Of a DNA stretch of 64,000 bases, positions 56,470-64,000 are shown one piece after another. The translations under genes and the position numbers were made by a program. The notes beneath the pieces are model-generated. The model worked only from the letters and a program-made list of their open reading frames with translations. It did not search any database and was not told the origin of the DNA. The stretch is from Cyanophyceae cyanobacterium (GTDB lineage Bacteria > Cyanobacteriota > Cyanobacteriia > Cyanobacteriales > Laspinemataceae). The stretch spans positions 1-64,000 of the forward strand of contig JBBQFN010000006.1 of assembly GCA_038321985.1 (NCBI GenBank), read 5' to 3'. The stretch's first letter is position 1, and each line of letters opens with the position of its first letter.

Positions 56470-57030
56470 CTAGGAACGGGAACCGATGGTTTTTTGAAAT
56501 GCAGGGCGATCGCTGATCCGTTTGATATATTCAACCACTGCCGGATACTCCCCCAAATCAAGATTGAGCATCATCTGGGTGTAAGCGAGCATCGAACCCA
56601 CTGCAACATCAGCGACGGTAAAATCTTGGCCCACCAAAAAGGTTTGGGTGCCAAAAATTTGGTTTAGGGGCTTCATCAATCGACCCAATTCGCGATCGCG
56701 GTTGGACTCGATAAAAATTCCTGGACCAAAAGTAGCATTCGCAAACAGCACCCACTGTACCAGAGTGGCTTCTTCTTCCGGCGACTTCCCGCCATTGCCG
56801 TACTTTTGGGCTAAATACACTAAAATCGCCCCGGATTCCCAGAGTGGAAACTCTCCATCCACGATCGCCGGGACTTTTCCTAGGGGGTTAATCTTCAGGT
56901 AATCCGGCTGTAAGTGTTCCCCCGACTGCATATCTAACAACACAAATTCATAGGGTATCCCCAGTTCTTCTAGGTACCACTGGACGATGGCTGCCCGAGA
57001 ACGAACACCGCCATAAAGTTTTAATGTCAC
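56470..57030 (-). CDS. Glutathione S-transferase family protein
   Basis: SRA, INPLGKVP, ESGAI, FTVAD. Confidence 0.95.
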   Translation of the reverse strand: MTLKLYGGVRSRAAIVQWYLEELGIPYEFVLLDMQSGEHLQPDYLKINPLGKVPAIVDGEFPLWESGAILVYLAQKYGNGGKSPEEEATLVQWVLFANATFGPGIFIESNRDRELGRLMKPLNQIFGTQTFLVGQDFTVADVAVGSMLAYTQMMLNLDLGEYPAVVEYIKRISDRPAFQKTIGSRS

Positions 57031-57298
57031 TTCACCACTTCCTATCTTGCAATCGTTATTCTCATGATTTTAAGCCGTGATGAGAAGAGTAGAAACCCAA
57101 ACTTCTGAGATGGCAAGGTTTTAAGCGTTACCATTTTTCATATAACCTGGTTAATACAAGCGCGATCGCAACAGCTTCGCCTATGCTGATTGTCTGCGAT
57201 CGAAGCGGGTCCCGCATCTATCCCGGACCGTTCAAAACTCCAGCGCCATTGATTTAAAGTTATAGAGAGCTCCCATCCGTTGCCAAGATTCGGGATTT

Positions 57299-58642
57299 AT
57301 GCAAGACAATAGCCAAAATTTCTTTCGCCTCCCACCAGAATTATCCAGTCAAGAACCCCTGAGCTCGGAAGGCCAAAAATCAAACTTCCTCACCCCAGAT
57401 TTAAAAAACAAAGACCTCATTGGTGCATCCCTGCGCGGTTCTTACCTTCGAGATGCGGACTTGAGCGGCGCGAACTTGAGCGAAGCCATTCTCTGTTATG
57501 CCGATTTGATTGGGGCAAATTTAAAAGGTGCGAACCTGAGTGGCGCGGATCTCAGCGATGCCAATTTAAACTTAGCCAATCTCAGCGAGAGCAACTTAAC
57601 CGGAGCCAACTTCAAAGGTGCCCTGCTAGTCGGAACCGATCTGAGTGAGGCAGATCTGCGCGGTGCGAGTCTCAAAGGAGCCAACTTAATCGGGGCCACT
57701 CTTGCGGAAGCCAATCTCAGTGGTGCCAACTTAAGCGGAACCGATCTGAGTGAGGCGGATCTGCGCGGCACGATTCTGCAAAAGGCGGTTTATGATTTGA
57801 GGACTCGCTTCTGTGAGGGTCTCGACCCCCAGACAACCGGCGCTTACCTGATTGGGTCCGATGTTTCCCTAGCGGGAGCGAACCTCAGCGGGGTGGATTT
57901 GAGTGGATTTAACCTCAAACGTGCAGATCTGCGGGGGGCAAATTTGCGCTATGCCAAGTTAACCTTGGCAAATTTAGAGGGAGCCAATCTCTTTAGAGCC
58001 AACTTGAGTGGGGCGAATCTCACGGGAGCTAATCTTAAAGCGACTAACTTTCAAAAGGCGGTTTACGATTTAAAAACCATCGTCAGCGAAGGTATAGACC
58101 TAAGTTTAGCAGGAGCCTACTGGATTGCACCGAATGTCTCTTTATCGGAAGTGAACCTCGTCGGGGTGGATCTCAGTGGAGCGGATTTAAGAGGCGCGAG
58201 CTTAGGGAGCGCCAATTTAAGCGACGCCGACATGACGGGAACGGATTTGTCCGGGGCCAATCTGAGAAAAGCCTATTTAGCGGATGCCAATATGAAAGGG
58301 TCCGATCTGCGAGGGGCGGATATGATTGGGGCAAGTTTAAATAAGGTGAATTTGACTCAAGCGGATTTGCGAGAGGCGGACTTAACTCGGGCTGACTTGC
58401 GCGGGGCGAATTTAAGATTAGCAGATTTGCGAGAAGCGGACTTAACTGGGGCGAGTTTAAATCAGGTGAATTTGAGCGAAGCGGATTTGCGCGGGGTGGA
58501 TTTAACTCGGGCTGACTTGCGCGGGGCCAATTTGAGCGGGGCGGATTTAAGAACAGCAGATTTGACGAAGACTAATTTACAGTGGGCTAATCTGGAGGGA
58601 GCTAATCTCACGGATGTGGATGTCAGCACGATCGTGCAGTAA
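57299..58642 (+). CDS. Pentapeptide repeat protein
   Basis: A(D/N)Lxx repeats in three blocks separated by two KAVYD..T...EG.D...GAY linkers. Confidence 0.92.
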   Translation: MQDNSQNFFRLPPELSSQEPLSSEGQKSNFLTPDLKNKDLIGASLRGSYLRDADLSGANLSEAILCYADLIGANLKGANLSGADLSDANLNLANLSESNLTGANFKGALLVGTDLSEADLRGASLKGANLIGATLAEANLSGANLSGTDLSEADLRGTILQKAVYDLRTRFCEGLDPQTTGAYLIGSDVSLAGANLSGVDLSGFNLKRADLRGANLRYAKLTLANLEGANLFRANLSGANLTGANLKATNFQKAVYDLKTIVSEGIDLSLAGAYWIAPNVSLSEVNLVGVDLSGADLRGASLGSANLSDADMTGTDLSGANLRKAYLADANMKGSDLRGADMIGASLNKVNLTQADLREADLTRADLRGANLRLADLREADLTGASLNQVNLSEADLRGVDLTRADLRGANLSGADLRTADLTKTNLQWANLEGANLTDVDVSTIVQ

Positions 58643-58803
58643 GGGTTAGGGATTGTCGGGAAGTCAATGCCGCAGGGTACAGTCGCCTTTGTCTTACGAT
58701 GGGTGCGTGATTGAAAAGGACGGATGCAGGGGTGCTGGAAGTACAGCAGGCTTGGAGTTCGATACAATGGTTCAGTATATTTCATACTGGGGGGCGATCG
58801 CTC

Positions 58804-61719
58804 GTGTCTGCAACTTCTCCTACTTTTATCCTGGTTGATGGTCATTCTTTGGCCTTTCGTTCCTATTATGCCTTGGCAAAAAGTCGCGATGGAGGTTTGA
58901 GTACCTCTACGGGAATTCCGACGAGTGTCTCGTTTGGGTTTCTCAAGTCGCTGATTGAGGTGATGACGGTACAAGATCCTCAATATTTGGCTGTCGCCTT
59001 TGATTTGGGGTTGCCGACGTTTCGCCACGAAGCGGATGATACTTATAAGAGCGATCGCGCGGAAACGCCGGAAGATTTTATTACGGACCTTAAATATTTA
59101 CAAGAATTACTAACGGCGCTTAATCTTCAAATTGTCACTGCGCCGGGTTATGAAGCGGATGATGTATTAGGAACTTTGGCAACCCGAGCAAGTGAGGCGG
59201 GTTTTCAGGTGAAAATTTTAACTGGCGATCGCGATTTATTTCAATTGGTTAATACAGAAAAACAGATTAGCGTTCTCTATTTAGGTCGAGATGCGTTCGG
59301 GCGATCGGGTAGGGCAAAATCCCAGGAATTTGGGCCAGAACAGGTGCAAGAGAAGATGGGAATTCCTCCGGAATTAGTAGTAGATTATAAAGCCTTATGC
59401 GGGGATGCTTCAGATAATATTCCCGGGGTAAAAGGGATTGGAGATAAGACGGCAATTAAGTTGCTGACAACTTATGGAAGTTTGGATAAGGTTTACGAGG
59501 CACTACAGGAAATTAAAGGCGCAAATCATAAAAAACTAGCAGAAGGGAAAGGGGAGGCTTATCATTCCCAACACTTAGCGCGAATTGTGATAGATGTTCC
59601 CTTAGAACTGGAATTAGCTCAGTGCCAGTTGCGCGGATTTGATGAAACGGAGGTAATTCCCCGCTTGGAACAACTGGAATTTAAGTCCTTTTTACCCAAA
59701 GTAAAGCAACTTCAAGAACGGTTTGGAGGAGGACCTTTAGTAGGGGAGAGTAAGGGAGGAGAACAAGCATCTAACAAAAAAACATCGAGAGGATTAGAAG
59801 ATGATGATCTATTTTTTTGGACAGCAGAAGACACAGAAGCGGCAACAGAAATTGCCCCTTCGCCGATCGCCCCAGAAATTATTGATACAACGGATAAGCT
59901 GAAGGAATTAGTAAAACGCCTAGAAACTTATAGAGATTCGGCGCATCCGGTAGCTTGGGATACGGAGACAACCGATTTAGAACCGCGAGATTCAGAATTG
60001 GTGGGAATAGGTTGTTGTTGGGGAACTGGGGAGGGGGATTTAGCCTACATTGCGATCGGACATAAAACCGGCCAGACTTTGCCTTTAACTCAGGTATTAG
60101 ATGCGTTACGTCCTATTTTAGAAAGTAGCAACTATCCTAAATCTTTCCATAATGCTAAATTTGACCGCCTGGTATTGCGGTGTCAGGGAATCAAACTCGC
60201 AGGGGTGGTATTTGATACAATGCTTGCTAGTTACATTATTAATCCCGAAACCACCCATAATCTGACCGATGTCTCCAGCCGATATTTAGAAGTAACGGCA
60301 GAAAGTTATAAAAGTTTAGGACTTGCCAAAGGAAAAACCATCGCCGATTTATCTATTCCTCAAGCTGCCCAATATTGCGGTTTGGATGTTTATACTACTT
60401 ATCAGTTAGTCGGGAAACTGCAAGAAGAACTGGCGGATAAATCCCAACTGCATCAACTGCTGCTAGAGGTAGAACAACCCCTAGAACCTGTATTAGCTGA
60501 ATTGGAATATACCGGGATTAGAATCGATAGCGACTATTTGGGGACGCTATCTAAACAATTAGAGAAGCAATTGCAGGATATAGAAATTAAAGCCTATCAA
60601 GAGGCGGGAGAAGAATTTAATTTAGGGTCGCCCAAACAACTGAGTTATATTTTATTTGAAAAATTAGACTTGCCCATTAGTAAATCTCGCCGAACTAAAA
60701 CAGGTTACTCAACGGATGCAGCCGTGTTGGAAAGGCTGCAAGGGGAGCATCCCCTGGTCGATTTAATTATTGAAAATCGCACGTTAGCCAAATTAAAATC
60801 AACTTATGTCGATGCGCTACCGCTGATGGTGCGAGGAGATACCCAGCGGGTGCATACCAATTTTAATCAAGCTGCAACCGCAACGGGAAGATTGTCTTCT
60901 TCTAATCCTAATTTACAGAATATTCCGATTAGAACCGAATTTTCTAGACAAATTCGTTCAGCATTTCTACCGGAATCGGGCTGGTTATTGGTATCGGCAG
61001 ATTATTCTCAAATTGAGTTACGCATTTTGGCACATTTGAGTCAAGAACCTGTGTTAATTGAGGCATATCAAAATAACCGAGACGTGCATACGGTGACGGC
61101 ACAATTACTATTTGATAAAGAGACGGTAACGGCAGACGAAAGACGGATGGGGAAAACGATTAACTTTGGAGTGATTTATGGGATGGGTTCGGTACGATTT
61201 GCTCGGTCGATCGGGAAAACATCCCAGGAAGGAAAGGAATTTATCCAGCGGTTTTATCAGCGTTACAAGAAGGTTTTTGAATATTTGAATGGGTTACAAA
61301 AGGAGGCGATCGCCCAAGGGTATGTAGAAACTCTTTTAGGGAGACGTCGGTATTTTGAATTTCAAGGGGAAAGTCTGATAAAACTACAAGGAACCTCTCC
61401 AGAGGCGATTGATTTGGACAAACTTAAGAATATGGGAATGCAAGATTCTCAAAATTTGCGGGCTGCTGCTAATGCACCCATTCAAGGGTCAAGTGCGGAT
61501 ATTATTAAGGTAGCAATGGTGAAAATACATGAAGTTTTAAAAGACTATAAAGCCAAATTATTGCTGCAAGTCCATGATGAATTAGTGTTTGAAGTTCCTC
61601 CGCAAGAGTGGGAGGAGTTGCAGCCTAAAATTAAGTCAACAATGGAAATGGCAGTTCCACTTTCGGTTCCGTTGATGGTGGATATTCATGTTGGAGATAA
61701 TTGGATGGAAGCGAAGTAA
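58804..61719 (+). CDS. polA: DNA polymerase I
   Basis: LVDGHSLAFR 5'-exo, DTETT/NAKFD 3'-exo, DYSQIELR, K.INFG..YG, QVHDEL; GTG 58804 preferred. Confidence 0.97.
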   Translation: MSATSPTFILVDGHSLAFRSYYALAKSRDGGLSTSTGIPTSVSFGFLKSLIEVMTVQDPQYLAVAFDLGLPTFRHEADDTYKSDRAETPEDFITDLKYLQELLTALNLQIVTAPGYEADDVLGTLATRASEAGFQVKILTGDRDLFQLVNTEKQISVLYLGRDAFGRSGRAKSQEFGPEQVQEKMGIPPELVVDYKALCGDASDNIPGVKGIGDKTAIKLLTTYGSLDKVYEALQEIKGANHKKLAEGKGEAYHSQHLARIVIDVPLELELAQCQLRGFDETEVIPRLEQLEFKSFLPKVKQLQERFGGGPLVGESKGGEQASNKKTSRGLEDDDLFFWTAEDTEAATEIAPSPIAPEIIDTTDKLKELVKRLETYRDSAHPVAWDTETTDLEPRDSELVGIGCCWGTGEGDLAYIAIGHKTGQTLPLTQVLDALRPILESSNYPKSFHNAKFDRLVLRCQGIKLAGVVFDTMLASYIINPETTHNLTDVSSRYLEVTAESYKSLGLAKGKTIADLSIPQAAQYCGLDVYTTYQLVGKLQEELADKSQLHQLLLEVEQPLEPVLAELEYTGIRIDSDYLGTLSKQLEKQLQDIEIKAYQEAGEEFNLGSPKQLSYILFEKLDLPISKSRRTKTGYSTDAAVLERLQGEHPLVDLIIENRTLAKLKSTYVDALPLMVRGDTQRVHTNFNQAATATGRLSSSNPNLQNIPIRTEFSRQIRSAFLPESGWLLVSADYSQIELRILAHLSQEPVLIEAYQNNRDVHTVTAQLLFDKETVTADERRMGKTINFGVIYGMGSVRFARSIGKTSQEGKEFIQRFYQRYKKVFEYLNGLQKEAIAQGYVETLLGRRRYFEFQGESLIKLQGTSPEAIDLDKLKNMGMQDSQNLRAAANAPIQGSSADIIKVAMVKIHEVLKDYKAKLLLQVHDELVFEVPPQEWEELQPKIKSTMEMAVPLSVPLMVDIHVGDNWMEAK

Positions 61720-62003
61720 GTTGCAACCGCAGGGCTGGCAATTTCTGGCGATCGCCCCTCTGATGTGCGAAAATATGGCAAATACTCTCACTTTAGAGTC
61801 ATTTGTAGCCCTCTCTAGATCCGTGGGGGAATTGCAGTTTGTGCCGATTCCGGTGTAATTTTAAAGACTGCAATCCTTCACCGTGGAATCTTTCCTCACC
61901 CTCCTGGGTGCTTTGGGGATAAAACTAGAGGTAACTCTACCTTGAAGCGACTGAGGAGTGAGGTAAAATCTTTAAAGGGGTCAGAGATTTAGGCTAACGC
62001 TTC

Positions 62004-62798
62004 TCAGGTGAGGCGATCGCCTATTTGCACTGACCCTGGGGTGATAATTTTAGCCAGTACGCCAGTTTGTAAATGTCCATATCGGCTTTGTAAGACGGAT
62101 AATAAATTCAAATTGCGATCGCCGGTTTCTGGATCAACTTCGATATTGGCACAGCGCCCAATTCTGGCAGTAATCGCTATCTTAGCTTCTCCTAAGTAAC
62201 ATTCTTGTCCCACCCGATTAAATTCTTCCCAGGGTGCAACTCCTTCTAGTAAAATATTAGGGCGAAATCGGCGCACATCTACAGGAATTTCGCAGGCTTC
62301 ACTTAACTCATCTAAGGTGGCTTGACTCATTAGGGAAATATGGAAAGGTGCACGATCAGGATAGCGAGTTTCGCCGCTGCAAATACCGACTAAATGTAAG
62401 GGCGACTGCTGCGGATGTCGCGCTTCGGGGGTGGGTTCTGCGTCAGCCAAAAATTCGCTAAAAAATCTACTGATGCGATCGCGTCCTTCTTTTATTTCAG
62501 TTCCCGATTCTAATTGAGTTACTCCCTGATGTCGCACGGTTAACCAATCGCTACTGGGATCATAGAAACACTCTAGCTGTGCCAATTTCGGCCAGTCATT
62601 CTGAACGGCAAAATGTCCTTTACTCATCCAAGGGACGATGTTTGAGGCTTCGGTTTCACTGTTATCTAAAAACATCAAAGCAAAGGCGCGATCGCCCCGA
62701 ATACCCCGTTCACATTCTAGTTCAACCCGATGGATGGGATGAGGTGTCAATCCTTTAATAGGATAGGAGAATAACTGCTTAACTCTAGCTTCGTTCAA
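62004..62798 (-). CDS. MOSC domain protein
   Basis: YPIKG, GDRAF, RRFRPN, RC motif, G.V..GD. Confidence 0.9.
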   Translation of the reverse strand: MNEARVKQLFSYPIKGLTPHPIHRVELECERGIRGDRAFALMFLDNSETEASNIVPWMSKGHFAVQNDWPKLAQLECFYDPSSDWLTVRHQGVTQLESGTEIKEGRDRISRFFSEFLADAEPTPEARHPQQSPLHLVGICSGETRYPDRAPFHISLMSQATLDELSEACEIPVDVRRFRPNILLEGVAPWEEFNRVGQECYLGEAKIAITARIGRCANIEVDPETGDRNLNLLSVLQSRYGHLQTGVLAKIITPGSVQIGDRLT

Positions 62799-63790
62799 TT
62801 GTTTAACCCTCTCTTACTTGGAGAACCCGGAGTTCCGGTTGCATTCCCAGTGATACTTTGAAAATACAATCCCCCGGCTGTGATTAAAAATACCAGATAA
62901 GCGACTGCCTGGACAAGATACAGTTGCGATCGATATCCAAATAAGGCTTTTAAAACTACCCCGGGAAAGCGGTTATCGGGGAGAATCTGGGTTGCATCCC
63001 ACACCTGGGGTCCTAAAATACAGGAATCCGCCCCGGTGAAGCACCACTTGGCAAATTGAGGAGCAACTGCACTTAATTCGATGATGGCAATATTGGCATT
63101 TTTTAAGGCAGAAATCACTAATCCTGAAACGATTAATAGTAACAGCACTCCCATGATTTGAAAGAAGAGGCGGAGGTTAATTTTAACCCCCCACTTAAAG
63201 AGGAGAATACCAATTCCAAACGCACCGACTAATCCAGCAAAAGCGCCAAAGGCGGGAGTCCAGCCCCGCTCAAATTGAGCTAAAATAAACACGACGGTTT
63301 CAAATCCTTCTCGGAGGACGGCAATAAAAATTAAGGTAAATACTCCCCAACCCGCCCCGTATAAAGGTAAATTTTCTGAATTTTTGTCAGATTCTTGGGG
63401 GAAGTCTGACCTAGTTTTTCCTTCAAATAGAACAGCGTTGACGGCCCCTTCTACTTCTCCTTTGAGGGATTTGGCTTGTTTTGTCATCCAGATCAACATC
63501 CAGCTCAACATGGCGATCGCAACCAGACAAAACCCCGCTTTTAGACTAGGTGCGATCGCCGCTGCATATTGCCAATTTGAATGGTCCACCGCTTGCAAAA
63601 TTCCCCCCAATAAAATCCCCACTAATCCGCTGGTAAAAATTCCACTCACTACTCCTCCATACACCCAGGGATTAAGCTGACTTTGTTGAGCTTTTTTCAA
63701 ACAAGCTAAGACAATCCCCACGACTAGAGCAGCTTCTACGCCTTCGCGTAAAGTGATTAAAAATGTAGGTAAAGCAGCGGTTATATCCAT
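62795..63790 (-). CDS. FTR1/EfeU family iron permease
   Basis: Two RExxE motifs (REGVE, REGFE), multiple TM helices. Confidence 0.93.
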   Translation of the reverse strand: MDITAALPTFLITLREGVEAALVVGIVLACLKKAQQSQLNPWVYGGVVSGIFTSGLVGILLGGILQAVDHSNWQYAAAIAPSLKAGFCLVAIAMLSWMLIWMTKQAKSLKGEVEGAVNAVLFEGKTRSDFPQESDKNSENLPLYGAGWGVFTLIFIAVLREGFETVVFILAQFERGWTPAFGAFAGLVGAFGIGILLFKWGVKINLRLFFQIMGVLLLLIVSGLVISALKNANIAIIELSAVAPQFAKWCFTGADSCILGPQVWDATQILPDNRFPGVVLKALFGYRSQLYLVQAVAYLVFLITAGGLYFQSITGNATGTPGSPSKRGLNN

Positions 63791-63875
63791 CGTTATCGTG
63801 GGTTTTAGATTCAGTCTACAAAGTTTTGTAAGAAAATAGAGAAGAATTTAAAAAGGTAATTTTTTAAAATTAACA

Positions 63876-63892
63876 GTGCAAATAATTTGCAC
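63876..63892. promoter_or_regulatory. Fur-box-like palindrome upstream of FTR1
   Basis: GTGCAAAT-A-ATTTGCAC perfect 8-1-8 palindrome about 85 nt upstream of the start. Confidence 0.55.
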
Positions 63893-64000
63893 CATTCTGT
63901 GAGGATTGGGAGCATTTCGCTCCCTACTCACGAAGGAAAGCGGGCGGGTTTATTTGAGCTTCTAGCCTGGAGAAAAAATAAAGTTTATAATTAGATTTAA

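Noticed and set aside
58804..61719. Intein or intron in polA
   Set aside because: Length and motifs are continuous; only a short acidic linker is present.

Overview
Chromosomal segment of a filamentous cyanobacterium. Evidence: abundant HIP1 octamers (GCGATCGC), chlG, bciB, psbZ, psbK, psb35, petP, a CurT-like gene and desC; an Oscillatoriales-type origin is my inference. Most of the window is core genome: hisF, PBP1A, rsmB, a 7-PAS hybrid kinase, a rimK cluster, ribH, a tRNA nucleotidyltransferase, ychF, aroA, cobS, tgt, polA, an FTR1 permease, tRNA-Ala(GGC) and tRNA-Gly(GCC). The most striking feature is the 16S rRNA gene at the left edge. Its central ~610 nt (window ~320-930) are highly divergent, with two helix deletions and compensated local base pairs. 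Long-range pairs to the canonical 3' part (h28, h30, h32) are broken, so it is either a mosaic 16S or an assembly chimera of two divergent rRNA types. Other notable items: (1) a lipoprotein plus a membrane pseudokinase sharing a homologous Cys-bounded extracytoplasmic domain; (2) a HIP1-free mini defence island (ABC-ATPase + TOPRIM-like protein, XRE remnant, VapBC with a nonsense-truncated toxin); (3) an AT-rich MBOAT + SGNH/DltD-like cassette inserted upstream of chlG; (4) several candidate structured RNAs and small palindromic elements. No CRISPR array, transposase or integrase was seen. All calls are by eye from the sequence; no database searches were run.
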